Shown: one piece after another, positions 1 through 10,620 of the stretch
Layout: each line of letters opens with the position of its first letter
Position numbering within the stretch: the first letter of the stretch is position 1
Source of the DNA: an uncultured bacterium
GTDB lineage: Bacteria > Krumholzibacteriota > Krumholzibacteriia > JACNKJ01
Length of the DNA stretch: 64,000 bases
Reading direction: 5' to 3'
Assembly: GCA_963695095.1 (NCBI GenBank)
Contig: CAVOFT010000001.1
Location: forward strand, 3,072,001 to 3,136,000
The notes under the pieces: model-generated
What the model was told of the DNA's origin: nothing
What the model saw: only the letters and a program-made list of their open reading frames with translations
Database searches by the model: none
Made by a program: the position numbers and the translations under genes

Positions 1-2
1 AC

Positions 3-1193
3 CCCAAGCGCGAGACGCGCCGCCTGGCCAGCGAGGCCCGCGCCAAGGGCCTGCTCGCAGCCCAGAAGCCGCTCACCTTCGCCTTCAACATGGTGCTGGC
101 CGGCAGCAAGGTGGGCGACGAGGTGCGCAACTACGAGCACTGGGTGCAGCGCCGCAACCTGGCCAACGAGATCCCGGATCCGGTGGTCGACGCGCTGGTC
201 ACGGCCTGCCTCGAGCGCAGCGACATCCTGCGCCGCTACCTGCGCCTGAAGCAAAAGGTCATGCGCCTGCCCGCGCTCATGTCCTACGACGTCTGGGCGC
301 CCCTGCCCGGCGCTCGCCAGCGCAAGGTGCCCTACAGCGAGGCGATGGCCATGGTCGGCGAGCTCTTCGCCGAGACCCGCCCCAGCTTCGGCCGCATCGC
401 CCGCGACCTCTTCGCCAAGCAGCACGTCGACGTGCCCCCCTACCCGGGCAAGCGCGGCGGCGCCTTCTGCATGCCCAACATGCAGGGCCTGCCCTATGTC
501 ATGCTCAACTGGACGGGCAAGGCCCGCGACGTGGCCACGCTCGCCCACGAGTTCGGCCACGCCGTCCACATGGAGCTCAGCCGCAAGCAGGGCCCCCTGG
601 GCTCTGTCGAAAGCCTGGTCATGGCCGAGGTGGCCTCGGTCTTCATGGAGACGCTGCTCTACGGCAAGCTGCTTGCGCGCACGAAGAGCCCCCGCGAGCG
701 GCTCTACATGCTGCAGGAGATCATCGAGGACGGCTTCGCCACCACCTTCCGCCAGATGCAGTTCAACCGCTTCGAGAACGCGGTGCACAACCACCGCCGC
801 GAGCAGGGCGAGCTGAGCGCGGCGGACATCGCGAGCCACTATGCCGAGGCCGAGCGCGCCTACTTCGGCAAGACGATGACCCCGGCCAAGGACTCCGACA
901 GCTTCTGGATGTACGTGAGCCACTTCGTCAACGTGCCGGGCTACGTCTACGCCTACTGCGCGAGCTACCTGGTGGTGCTCTCGCTCTATCGCCGCTATCA
1001 GCAGCAGGGCGCGCGCTTCCTGACGGGCTACGAGGAGATGCTGGCCGCCGGCGGCAGCCAGTCGCCCGCCAAGCTGCTGGCGGCCCTCGGCGTCGACTGG
1101 AGCGACCCCGCCTTCTGGCAGGGCGGCCTGGATGTGCTGGGCGAGTACGTCGACCAGTTTGCGGCCACCGCAAAAGAACTGAAGCTCGTGTAA
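3..1193 (+). CDS. pepF: M3B family oligoendopeptidase F, 5'-truncated by window edge
   Basis: HEFGH zinc motif, GKRGGAFC, AEVAS and YVYAY motifs; frame is open back to the window start. Confidence 0.9.
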   Translation, partial: PKRETRRLASEARAKGLLAAQKPLTFAFNMVLAGSKVGDEVRNYEHWVQRRNLANEIPDPVVDALVTACLERSDILRRYLRLKQKVMRLPALMSYDVWAPLPGARQRKVPYSEAMAMVGELFAETRPSFGRIARDLFAKQHVDVPPYPGKRGGAFCMPNMQGLPYVMLNWTGKARDVATLAHEFGHAVHMELSRKQGPLGSVESLVMAEVASVFMETLLYGKLLARTKSPRERLYMLQEIIEDGFATTFRQMQFNRFENAVHNHRREQGELSAADIASHYAEAERAYFGKTMTPAKDSDSFWMYVSHFVNVPGYVYAYCASYLVVLSLYRRYQQQGARFLTGYEEMLAAGGSQSPAKLLAALGVDWSDPAFWQGGLDVLGEYVDQFAATAKELKLV

Positions 1194-1320
1194 CAAGACT
1201 GACAAATTGCTGATCTGGTCGCTTTCCTTTCCGCTATCGATTCGCTAGAATCGGATTAGCGTGGCCCGTGGCTGTGCTCCAGCGGGGCAAGTCGGGCATC
1301 GGTGGTCTGGGAGGCACGAC

Positions 1321-3879
1321 GTGCGACCGGGGACCGTCATTTCGCATTACGTCATCGAGGCGCTGCTGGGCAGCGGCGCCATGGGTGAGGTCTACCGCGT
1401 CTGCGATACGCGGCTGCAGTGCACGCGAGCCCTCAAGCTGCTCCGCCAGCCCTGCGCCGGCGACCCCTCCGAACGCGCGCGCTTCCTGCGCGAGGCGCAG
1501 GCGGCGGCGGCTCTCAACCATCCCGGCATCTGCACCGTGCACGAGATCGACGAGGCCGAAGGCCGCGCTTTCATCGTCATGGAGTACGTGCCGGGCCAGG
1601 ACCTCGCGACGCGCATCGCCGCCGGAGCCCTGCCCCCGGCCGAGGCCCTGCGCATCGCCCGCGAGATCGCCGAGGCCCTGCGGGCCGCGCACGCTGCCGG
1701 CATCGTCCACCGCGACATCAAGCCGCGCAACATCCGGCTCACCCCCGAAGGCCGCGTCAAGGTGGTGGACTTCGGGCTCGCCAAGCTGGCGGGTGCCGAG
1801 GAGCTGACCCGCTCGGGCGCGGTGGCGGGCACGCCGGCCTACATGGCACCGGAGCAAGCGCGCGGCTCCCCGGTGGACGGGCGCTGCGATCTCTGGGCGC
1901 TCGGCATCGTCCTCTACGAGATGCTCAGCGGCCAGTCGCCCTTCGCCGGCCGACCCCCGCTGGCCGCTCTCTACGCAGTCTGCAACGAAGACCCGCCGCC
2001 CCTGCCTGCGCTCGTCGCAGCCCCCCCTGGCCTCGCCGCCGTGATCGACCGCTGCCTGAGCAGGGATCCCCAGCGCCGCTACCCCGATGCCGGTGCCCTG
2101 CTCGCGGACCTCGCGGCGCTGTCGGCGCCGCGGGCGCCGCCGCTTCGTTCCCGCTACCGCCTGCCGCGCCCCCTGCTACTGCTGGCCGCGGCGCTGCTCG
2201 CCGCCGCGCTGGTGCTGGCCACCCAGCGCGGTTGCCGCCAGAGCGGTCTGCCCTCGCACATCTACCTGGCGCTGCTGCCGATGGAGGTGATCGGCGGCAG
2301 CGAACGCGATCACGCCCTCGCCGACGGCCTCGTGCAGCATCTGAACACGCAGCTCACGCGGCTGGAGCGCTTGCAGCGGAGCTTCTCGGTGATCCCTGTC
2401 TGCGACATCGAGGACAGCGAGGTGGCCAGCTCCCGCGACGCCCAGCGCATCCTCGGTGCCAATCTCGTGGTGGCCGGCAGCATGACCCCCTTCGGCGAGG
2501 CCCTCGCGCTCACGCTCACCCTCATCGACCCGCGGGGACCGCTCCAGCTCGCTGCGGCCGAGTTCTCGGTACCCCGGGACGATGCCCTGCGCCTGCGCAC
2601 CGAGGCCCTGGCTCAGCTCGTGGGACTGCTCCAGCTGAAGCTGGGCAAGGCCGATCCAGGCGCCGTGCGGGCGAGCGAGGAATCGACCGCCCAGCCCTTC
2701 GCGGACTATCTGACCGGGCTCGGCTACCTGCAGAACCTCGAGTTCTTCGGCGACCCCGAGCGTCTGGCCCGCGTGGACAGCGCTCTGGCCGCCTTCGGCC
2801 AGGCCGTCGCCGGGGATCCCCGCTTCGCCGCGGCCCTGGCCGGACAGGCGGAGGCCGGCTGGCAGCGTTACCAGCTGACGCGCGAGCAGTCCTGGTCCGA
2901 GGCGGCGCTCAGCTCTTGCACCGCCGCCCTGGCCATCGATCCCGGCCTGCCTGAGGGCCTGCTCGCGCGAGCGGGCATCCACGCCGGCCGCGGCGAGTAC
3001 GAGCGCGCACTCGCGGACTTCCGGACCGTGCTGGCGCGCGACTCGCTGGACCTGCGCGCGCAGCGCGGCCTGGCCGCCGCCTACGCGGCGCTCGGCGACA
3101 CGGCGCAGGCCGAGGCGAGCTACCTCGCCCTGCTGGCGGCGCGACCCGGCGACTACACGACGCGCAAGGAACTGGGCATCTACTACTACCATCAAGGCCG
3201 CTTCGCCGATGCCGTCGGCCAGTTCGAGGCGCTCATCGCCGCCGCCCCCGAGAACTACTTCCTCGGCTACAACCAGCTCGGGGGCATCTACTTCCAGGAG
3301 GGCAAGCTGGAGCAGGCTCGGGCGGCCTTCCAGCGCTCCTTGGCGATCAAGCCCAACTACCGCGCCCTGACGAATCTCGCCGCCGTGGAGTACCGAGACG
3401 GCGACTACGAGCAGGCCGTCGCGCACATCGAAGAGGCGCTGGCCATCCACGCTCACGACTATCGGGTCTGGGGCAACCTGGGCGACACGCTGATGCGCCT
3501 CCCCGAGCGACGGGGGGAGGCCGAGTCGGCCTACCGCCGGGCGGCGGGGCTGGCGGAGGCAAGGCTGCAGGTGAACCCCCGCGACGCGCGCGTGATGAGC
3601 ATTCTGGCCGGCTACTGCCTCGCGCTCGGCGATCGCGAGCGCGCGCTGCAGCTGCTCGGCAATGCTCGGCGAACGGAAGCGCTCGACGTCGAGTCCCTCT
3701 ATCAAGTCGGTCACAGCTACGAGCGCCTGGGCCAGCGGGACGAGGCGCTCAGTTGCTTCGCCGAGGCCTTGCGGCGAGGTCTATCCGCGCGCCGAATCGA
3801 GCAGGCGCCCACCCTGAGCGCGCTGCGGGCGGATCCCCGCTGGGTGGCCCTGGCGGCAGCGGCCGGCGAGAAATGGTGA
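1321..3879 (+). CDS. Hanks-type Ser/Thr protein kinase with TM segment, TolB-N-like domain and TPR repeats
   Basis: LGSGAMGEVY, ALKLL, HRDIKPRN, DFGLAK, GTPAYMAPEQ; hydrophobic LLLLAAALLAAALVLA; TPR-like repeats; GGAGG upstream of GTG at 1321. Confidence 0.92.
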   Translation: MRPGTVISHYVIEALLGSGAMGEVYRVCDTRLQCTRALKLLRQPCAGDPSERARFLREAQAAAALNHPGICTVHEIDEAEGRAFIVMEYVPGQDLATRIAAGALPPAEALRIAREIAEALRAAHAAGIVHRDIKPRNIRLTPEGRVKVVDFGLAKLAGAEELTRSGAVAGTPAYMAPEQARGSPVDGRCDLWALGIVLYEMLSGQSPFAGRPPLAALYAVCNEDPPPLPALVAAPPGLAAVIDRCLSRDPQRRYPDAGALLADLAALSAPRAPPLRSRYRLPRPLLLLAAALLAAALVLATQRGCRQSGLPSHIYLALLPMEVIGGSERDHALADGLVQHLNTQLTRLERLQRSFSVIPVCDIEDSEVASSRDAQRILGANLVVAGSMTPFGEALALTLTLIDPRGPLQLAAAEFSVPRDDALRLRTEALAQLVGLLQLKLGKADPGAVRASEESTAQPFADYLTGLGYLQNLEFFGDPERLARVDSALAAFGQAVAGDPRFAAALAGQAEAGWQRYQLTREQSWSEAALSSCTAALAIDPGLPEGLLARAGIHAGRGEYERALADFRTVLARDSLDLRAQRGLAAAYAALGDTAQAEASYLALLAARPGDYTTRKELGIYYYHQGRFADAVGQFEALIAAAPENYFLGYNQLGGIYFQEGKLEQARAAFQRSLAIKPNYRALTNLAAVEYRDGDYEQAVAHIEEALAIHAHDYRVWGNLGDTLMRLPERRGEAESAYRRAAGLAEARLQVNPRDARVMSILAGYCLALGDRERALQLLGNARRTEALDVESLYQVGHSYERLGQRDEALSCFAEALRRGLSARRIEQAPTLSALRADPRWVALAAAAGEKW

Positions 3880-3915
3880 TGAGCAAGCAAGTGTACCTGA
3901 GTTAAGGAGAGAGCC

Positions 3916-4347
3916 ATGCCCAAGTCAGCGACGACGATGAAGGCGGCGGAGACCGGGACCACGGCGCTAGCCGGCGTCAAGGACCCCCTCGCGGAGTTCC
4001 TGGTCTATCTGCACGTGATCCTGCCGCTCGGAGCCATCCACACGGTGACGATTCGCCGGCACTACGACCCGGCGCGGAAGGACGCCTGGCTGATCTCGCC
4101 GGGCCACTTCCACGTGCGCCGGGGCGACCTCATCTACTGGAGCATGGGGGACAACGAGGCGCAGATCGAGTTCAGCGATCCGGCGATCATCGGCGTGCCG
4201 ACCCTGAGCGTGCCCCGCCACGGGACCAGCATGGGCACCGTTCAGTCCGAAGCGCCGCTGGGCGCGCAGATCTACAAGGTGGTGCTGGAGACGGGCAGCG
4301 CCGTCCCCGACGACGGCGGCGATCCGACCATCATCATCGACGACTAG
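3916..4347 (+). CDS. small hypothetical beta-sandwich (cupredoxin-like) protein ending in DPTIIIDD
   Basis: AAGGAG RBS, GC3-biased codons; SPGHFHVRRGDLIYW resembles the cupredoxin 'P..l.V..GD.V.W' strand pattern but no Cys copper ligand. Confidence 0.75.
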   Translation: MPKSATTMKAAETGTTALAGVKDPLAEFLVYLHVILPLGAIHTVTIRRHYDPARKDAWLISPGHFHVRRGDLIYWSMGDNEAQIEFSDPAIIGVPTLSVPRHGTSMGTVQSEAPLGAQIYKVVLETGSAVPDDGGDPTIIIDD

Positions 4348-5696
4348 GCGAGCGTCTCGACCCGTTCGCTGAACTCCAGGCCGTCGGCGGCGAGGTCCGC
4401 CATGATCGGCGTGTAGATCGACGGGTGGGTGGGGATCTGGCTGCCGCGCAGGTGCAGCTCGCCGCAGAGGACCAGCCGCGCCGCGAGCGCCGCCGGCAGG
4501 CCCACCGTCTTGGCCATAGCCGTGAAGCCGCCGGCCTCGCCCTCGGCCACCAGGGTCGAGCTGATGCGCTCGGCCGGCCGCGCCTGATCGGGATACTCCA
4601 CCTCCAGCTCGTGGAGGAGCACCACGAGATCCCGCATCGTGGGCGTCAGCGGCAGCTTCGCCTCGAGCAGCTCGGCCAGCAGGAAAGCCGCCGTGTCGCC
4701 CTTGCAACCCGAGGGCTCCTCGTTGAAGAGCCCCAGCCAGCGCATGTTCTCGATGATGCGCCCGGTCGGGCTGATGCCCAGGAAGCGGGCGATGCGCGCC
4801 TCGATCTTGGGCCCGGAGACGTTCAGGGGCAGGAACATCTCCACCACCTCGCGCGGGCTGCGCGCGGCGAGCTGCGGAATGCGCGCGCTCTCGTTGGGCA
4901 GGCCCAGCTTGACGATCTGCGCCCAGGTCTCGCTCCAGCCGGGCCAGCGCAGGGTGCCGCGAATCATCGTGCGCACGTGCTCGAGGCCGAAGGCCTGCAG
5001 GTAGGAGAGCGAATCGCGGTTCGGATAGGCCTCGAGCGTGCCCACGCCCGGCACCTCGACCCGCCAGGTGTGGTGGAAGACGTGGTGCCAGGGCACGATC
5101 TTGATGCGCCCGTCCTCCATGTACTGCGCGCCGCGCTCGCCGGCCATCGCCACGTTGCGCGGGTTCCAGGTGACCACGTAGCGCAGGGGGTAGTCGTTGG
5201 CGTTCGCGGGCGAGGGAATGCCGCTGCCGTAGGAGCAGAAGCTGGTGATGCGCCCGCCCTCGCCCCGGATGCGGTGGATCAGGCGCATCGCCGACATGTG
5301 GTCGATGCCGGGATCCAGCCCCAGCTCGCAGAGCAGGAGCACGCCCGCGCGCTGGGCGTCGGCATCGAGTTCGCGCAGGGCCTGGTCGCGGTAGGACACG
5401 GAGACCATGTGCTTGCCGTGCTGCACGCAGTCCCAGGCGATCAGGTCCAGGAAGCGCGGCGCCAGCATGTTCACCACGAGGTCCGCGCTCTTGATCTGGG
5501 CGTCGCGGAGCAGGGCGTCGTTGATGTCGAAGCGCACCGCCGCGCCGCGGGAGTGCCCGTTCACGCGCGAGGCCGCCAGCTCCTGGTCCAGGTCCCCCAC
5601 GGTGACGAACCAGTCGCAGTCGGCGGCCATCTCGAGCAGCTTGGCGATGAGATAGGGCGAGCTCTTGCCCGCGCCGAGCACGGTGACCTGCTTCAT
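4344..5696 (-). CDS. saccharopine dehydrogenase (glutamate-forming type) family protein
   Basis: VLGAGKS Rossmann motif, ELGLDPGIDHMSAM, TWNPR, EAYPNRDS, RGTLRWPG, MAKTVGLP. Confidence 0.9.
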   Translation of the reverse strand: MKQVTVLGAGKSSPYLIAKLLEMAADCDWFVTVGDLDQELAASRVNGHSRGAAVRFDINDALLRDAQIKSADLVVNMLAPRFLDLIAWDCVQHGKHMVSVSYRDQALRELDADAQRAGVLLLCELGLDPGIDHMSAMRLIHRIRGEGGRITSFCSYGSGIPSPANANDYPLRYVVTWNPRNVAMAGERGAQYMEDGRIKIVPWHHVFHHTWRVEVPGVGTLEAYPNRDSLSYLQAFGLEHVRTMIRGTLRWPGWSETWAQIVKLGLPNESARIPQLAARSPREVVEMFLPLNVSGPKIEARIARFLGISPTGRIIENMRWLGLFNEEPSGCKGDTAAFLLAELLEAKLPLTPTMRDLVVLLHELEVEYPDQARPAERISSTLVAEGEAGGFTAMAKTVGLPAALAARLVLCGELHLRGSQIPTHPSIYTPIMADLAADGLEFSERVETLA

Positions 5697-5793
5697 GGCG
5701 GCTTCCTTGGCCTCGAGGTGCTGGGCCCCGCCCGGCGGCAAGGCACCCGCTCAAGGTAGCCAAAGCGGCGGGCGGCGCCAGGGCCCGGCAGCC

Positions 5794-6303
5794 CTACTCG
5801 GCCGCCTGCGGGTAGCTCTTGATCAGGGACGGCACGCCCAGGGCCCCCTGCGGCTGGGCGTAGAGATCCAGGGTCCAGCTCTTGTAGAAACCTTCCTCCC
5901 AGACGCGGGTCTGATCCGAGCGGGACCTGAGGAATGCCAGTTCCTTGAGCGTGGCGCCGAGGAAGTAGTGCATGCCCGCCGTTACCTCGAGCTCCAGTTC
6001 CAGGGTCGGCCGGCGGCTGTCCGGGTCGGCGGAGAGCTCCTCGGGCGGCGCATCGGCCGCGGCGATGTTGGGCGGGCCGGCCAGGCGCAGGCGGTAGCTG
6101 CCCGGCTTCAGGTAGACGTAGTTCTTGGGGCAGGCCTGCTCGTCCACGGCGAGCAATTCCACCGTGGTGCCCTTACGGTAGCACTCCACGCGGGCCAGGT
6201 CCTGCACGGACAGGGCCGGTCCCGGGTAGAGGTGATGGCCCTCGCCCCGACAACCCGCGCTGAGCAGGGCGGCGAGCGAGAACAGGGCGAGTCGATTCCG
6301 CAT
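5794..6303 (-). CDS. hypothetical lipoprotein
   Basis: MRNRLALFSLAALLSAG-C lipobox; GGAGG RBS. Confidence 0.7.
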   Translation of the reverse strand: MRNRLALFSLAALLSAGCRGEGHHLYPGPALSVQDLARVECYRKGTTVELLAVDEQACPKNYVYLKPGSYRLRLAGPPNIAAADAPPEELSADPDSRRPTLELELEVTAGMHYFLGATLKELAFLRSRSDQTRVWEEGFYKSWTLDLYAQPQGALGVPSLIKSYPQAAE

Positions 6304-6444
6304 GGCTGCACCTCCCGGCACCGCAGGCAGTGTAACGAACCAGCGCCGTGCGTCAATCGCGCTCCTGCTGGACGCGCGGGCAGCCCCGCGCTAGAGTGGC
6401 GAAGCTATGCCCCCGTGCACTCGCCCCTTGCCAAGGAGACCGGG

Positions 6445-8572
6445 ATGCGCTCCTGCCCGCGCCTGCTCGCGCTTTCCGCGCTGATCGCCTTCGCCCTCCC
6501 TGCTACCGCGCTCGAGCCGCCTCTGCCGCTGGCCCCCGCCGAGGCCGCGGCCCTGCTCGCCGCCGAGGCGCCGGCCGCTCTCGTCGGCGACGCCGATCAG
6601 CTCGTGCTCTTCGATCGCGAACGCGTGATCGTCGAGGACAGCGGGCTCGGTCACCGCTACCGGCACCGCTTCGTCAAGGTGCTGGAGCCAGCGGGCGCCC
6701 TGGCGCTGGCGCGCCCTGCGCTTCGACTACGACCCCGCGAGCAACCTGCTCGACCTGCGGCTGGTGCGCGTGCACCGCGCCGATTCGAGCTGCGTGGACA
6801 TCGACCCGGCGGCCGCCCGCGACGTGCCCCAGCCCACGGACCTCATCAACTGGGGCGCGCGGATGAAGGTGCTCGGCCTGCCGCCGCTGGCTGTTGGCGA
6901 CGGCGTAGAGACGCTCACCTACAGCAAGGGCTTCCTGATCGCCTACCTCGCCGCCGATGCGCAAGCCCCGGCGCCCGAGCAGCCGCGCCAGCTGGAGCCG
7001 CCCACTCCCCTGTCCCGCGCCGAGGCCATGGGCCTTCACGACAGCACGGCGTCGCGGCTCGCCGCCGGCGCCGCGGGCGACGAGCGCTACATCCCGCCCA
7101 TGCGCGGGCACTTCTACGACGTGCAGCTCTTCCAGGGCGAGCTGCCCCAGCGCGAGCGGCGCTACGAGGTGAGCCTGCCGGCCGCCAAGCCGCTGCAGTA
7201 CAGCGTCTACAATGGAGAAGTGATGAGCAGCCTGCGCTTCGCCGGCGATCGCCATGACTACAGCTTCTGGAAGGAGGACGTGCCGGCGATGAAGCACGAG
7301 CCGCGCATGCCCGACGCCGGCGACGTGGTGCCCAAGGTGGTGATGGCCACCACCGAGGACTGGGAGGCCAAGAGCCGCTGGTTCGCCGAGACCAACGAGT
7401 ACACCTTCGCCAGCAACCCGGCCATCGCCGCCAAGGTGGCCGAGATCACCCGCGGCCTGGCCGACGACGAGGAGAAGGTGGCCGCCCTGCTGCACTGGGT
7501 GGCGCAGAACATCCGCTACTTCGGCCTCACGATGGGCAAGGGCGAGGGCTACACCTTGCACCCGGGCGCGATGACCTTCCGCGACCGCGCCGGCGTGTGC
7601 AAGGACATCGCCGGCATGCTGGTGACGATGCTGCGCGCGGCGGGCTACGAGGCCTACGGCGCGATGACGATGGCCGGCGCCCGCGTGGAGGAGATCCCCG
7701 CCGACCAGTTCAACCACTGCGTGGTCGCGCTGAAGAAGCCCGACGGCAGCTTCCAGATGCTCGACCCCACCTGGGCGCCCTGGAACAACCCCACCTGGAG
7801 CCGCTGGGAAGGCGAGCAGGACTACGTGATCGGCACTTTCGAGGGCGAGGACCTGATGCAGATCCCCTCCTTCAGTGCCGAGGACAACCTGCTCAGCGTG
7901 ACGAGCACCGCCCGTCTTGCGGCCGACGGCGCGCTCGAGGGCACGCTCGAGTTCCTCGGCCGCGGCGTGAGTGACGGCCGCCTGCGCAGCGCCGTCGCCG
8001 ACCGCGCGGCCCGCGACCTGCGTCCCTATCTCGAGAACTGGCTGGGCGCGCTCTCGCCACGCGCCGAACTCGTCGACTTCGCCTTCAGCGACCACCGCGA
8101 CTTCACCCGCGACACCAGCCTGCGCCTGCGCTATCGCCTGCCCGGCTGGGCCGAGAACCTCGGCGACAGCCTGGCCCTGCGCTCGCCGGGCCTGGCCCTG
8201 CTCGCGGGCAACGGCGGCCTCTGGCGCCTCGCGGGCCTGCCCGCCGGCGAGGAGCGGCAGCACCCCTACTTCATCTGGGCCGGCCAGCGCGTGGAACTCA
8301 GCGAGACGCTCGAGTTGCCACGTGGCAACGAGTGGGCGAAGCCGGCCGCGATCGACTTGAAGGAGACGCAGGCCTCGTTCCACTGCGAGTGGACACCCCA
8401 GCGCGGCAAGCTCGGCCTGAAGGCCGTGCTGCAAGTGGACCGCCGCCTGATCCCAGCGGCCGGCTGGCCGGGCCTCCGGGCCGTGGCCGATGCCATCCAG
8501 GAGCGGGCCGACGCGGGCCTCCACGCCAGTTCGCCCGGCAAGCGGGCCAGCCGCCAGGGAGGTGCCCGATGA
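6445..8572 (+). CDS. DUF3857 + transglutaminase-like secreted protein, one apparent frameshift near 6715
   Basis: Signal peptide from ATG 6445 (AAGGAG RBS); frame switch at ...ALALA / LRFDYDP...; GVCKD, FNHC, LDPT Cys-His-Asp triad. Confidence 0.85.
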
Positions 8573-10431
8573 AGCGCCACCTCACGCTCGCGTTGCTCGC
8601 CGCCCTCTGCCTCGCCGCCGCGCTGCCGGCGGCCGCCGCGCCCCTCGACGAAGGCGCCGTCGCCGCGCGCGCAATCGGGGCGCCCGCCCCGACAGTCGGC
8701 GAGGATGGCCTCGTCCTCTTCGAGGGCCACTACTATCACCACGCCGATGGCCTGATGAGCCATCGCCACCAGCGCCTGCTGCGCGTCACGAGCGAGTGGG
8801 CCTTGGAGCGCCTCGCCGATCCGCGCCTGCGCTTCGACAGCGCGCGGCAGAAGATCGACGTGCACGCCGCGCGCACCTACTTCGCGAACGGGGAGTACAT
8901 CGACTCGCCGGCCAATGCCTTCAACACGGTCACGCCGGGCGAGCTGGCCCAGGCGCCGGACTTCCTGGACATCCAGGAGCTGGTGATCACGCACGTCGGC
9001 CTGGAGCCGGGCTGCGCGCTCTGGCTCGATACCGAGATCGTGGACACGGCGCCGGCCGGCCTGCCCGAGGGCGCGCTGCTCTTCCCCCAGGGTGACTTCC
9101 CCGTGCTCGAGATGGAAGTGACCGCCGAGGGGCTGTACGCCGAGCTGGTCAACCCCGAGGGTGGGCTGATCGCGCTGCCCGCTGGCACGAGCGAGGGTCT
9201 GCGCCACGCGTGGCACTTCGAGAACCTGCCGGCTGCGCCGGGGCAGGCGACCTATCGCCTTGGCGATCAGCTGCCGCACCTGGACTTTTCCCCCCTGGAG
9301 AGCTGGCAGTCCGTTGTCGAAGCCATTGAGGCGAGCCTCGAGGCTGCTGTCGCCGATACGATGGGTCTCGGCGGCTGGCTCGCTGTGGTCGAGCGCGAGC
9401 TGGAGCGCCCCTTCCTCGATGACCGCGACGCGATCGTCGCGATTCTCGCCGCCCTCGGCGAGCGCACGACCCTGCTCGAGGGTCCGGACTGGGCTTGGCG
9501 CGCGCCGCGCAGCGTGGCCCGGACCCTCGAAACCTCGATGGCCACGCCGCTCGAGCGCGCCGCACTCATGATCGCCGTCGGTCGGACGCGCGGGCTAGAA
9601 GCAAGCTTGTGTCTGACTGCCAGGTGGCAGCAGACAGGCGAGCAGGTCCTGCCCCTGGCGGCCCTCGACGCGCCCTGGCTGCAGACCGACGCCGGGATCG
9701 GGTACCTCGCTCCCGCGGAGGGGAGGCTGCGCAGGCACAACGAGGAGTTCGGCTCCTGCTACTATTTCCATGGTCGGAGGCAGCGGGGTCAGGTCGCCAA
9801 CCGGACCTTCGAGGCCAAGCTCAACTACTACTGGAATCTCGCGGAAGCGACTTTCGCCTTGAGAGGCTCCTTCGCTCCCGTGGATCTCTGGGCCGGCATG
9901 CAGGCCCCGGAAACCGGGCTGCGCGACTGGTGCGCGAGCTGGACTGACAGCTGCCGCGTCGACGCGCTCAGCCTGCAGGGCGGCGTCGGTGACCTGAGGG
10001 TACCTGTGGAGATGGCCGGCCGGGCCCCCATGCCCGCAGCGAACGAACCCGGCAGTGTGCGCCTGGCGCTGCCAATGACCCCCGTGCCCTTGACGGCGCT
10101 CCTCCCAGCTGGAATGCAGCGCTCGCAGAGCGTCTGCCGCGCTCTGCTCTTCCCGCCGCGGCCCGCGGTGCAGCTCCACCTGAGCTGGATCCTCGATCTG
10201 CCTGCGGGCTTCGAGCCCGTGGCGCAGGCATCCATCGGCGCCGATTGCCCCGGCGGTCGTTTCGTGGCCCGGCGCGAGCAGGTCGGCCGGCGGCTCACGG
10301 TGCACTACGACCTCGAATGGAGCGGCGTCCGTGTTCCGCCCGCCGACTACCCTGCATTCTGCGCACTGGTGAACGCGGCGCTCGACCCGAAGACGACCGA
10401 AGTCCTGCTGGTCCCGCGCGCCAGGGATTGA
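8569..10431 (+). CDS. DUF3857-domain secreted protein, probably catalytically inactive transglutaminase-like partner
   Basis: ATGA overlap with upstream stop; signal peptide; DUF3857-like N-terminus (LRFDS, GLEPG); GxCKD position replaced by ATPLER. Confidence 0.75.
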   Translation: MKRHLTLALLAALCLAAALPAAAAPLDEGAVAARAIGAPAPTVGEDGLVLFEGHYYHHADGLMSHRHQRLLRVTSEWALERLADPRLRFDSARQKIDVHAARTYFANGEYIDSPANAFNTVTPGELAQAPDFLDIQELVITHVGLEPGCALWLDTEIVDTAPAGLPEGALLFPQGDFPVLEMEVTAEGLYAELVNPEGGLIALPAGTSEGLRHAWHFENLPAAPGQATYRLGDQLPHLDFSPLESWQSVVEAIEASLEAAVADTMGLGGWLAVVERELERPFLDDRDAIVAILAALGERTTLLEGPDWAWRAPRSVARTLETSMATPLERAALMIAVGRTRGLEASLCLTARWQQTGEQVLPLAALDAPWLQTDAGIGYLAPAEGRLRRHNEEFGSCYYFHGRRQRGQVANRTFEAKLNYYWNLAEATFALRGSFAPVDLWAGMQAPETGLRDWCASWTDSCRVDALSLQGGVGDLRVPVEMAGRAPMPAANEPGSVRLALPMTPVPLTALLPAGMQRSQSVCRALLFPPRPAVQLHLSWILDLPAGFEPVAQASIGADCPGGRFVARREQVGRRLTVHYDLEWSGVRVPPADYPAFCALVNAALDPKTTEVLLVPRARD

Positions 10432-10456
10432 CCTTGGTCCGTCAAACGGATCAAGG
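10432..10456 (+). terminator. stem-loop directly after the DUF3857 operon
   Basis: CCTTGGTCCGT-CAA-ACGGATCAAGG inverted repeat; no U-tract. Confidence 0.45.
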
Positions 10457-10545
10457 AGGGGGGACGGGACGCTTGCCGCAACTGAGCCCGTGCCGGTGCC
10501 CGTGAGCACGCCGGCCTGCGGCGATGGTATTTATTGGCGATGCAC

Positions 10546-10574
10546 TTGCCCGTCGCGATCTCTCATAGTATATT
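10546..10574 (+). promoter_or_regulatory. sigma70-like promoter of the HNH gene
   Basis: TTGCCC-17bp-TATATT; -10 lies inside the imperfect palindrome CTCATAGTATATTGTGAG. Confidence 0.5.
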
Positions 10575-10620
10575 GTGAGCCTCCCCGCCTCCTGCGTCCT
10601 CGATCTCGCGAGGGCTCTCC

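Noticed and set aside
1232..1261. Imperfect palindrome CGCTATCGATTC-GCTA-GAATCGGATTAGCG before the kinase gene
   Set aside because: Single copy, and equally explained as the pepF terminator or a promoter -10 (TAGAAT); no further support.
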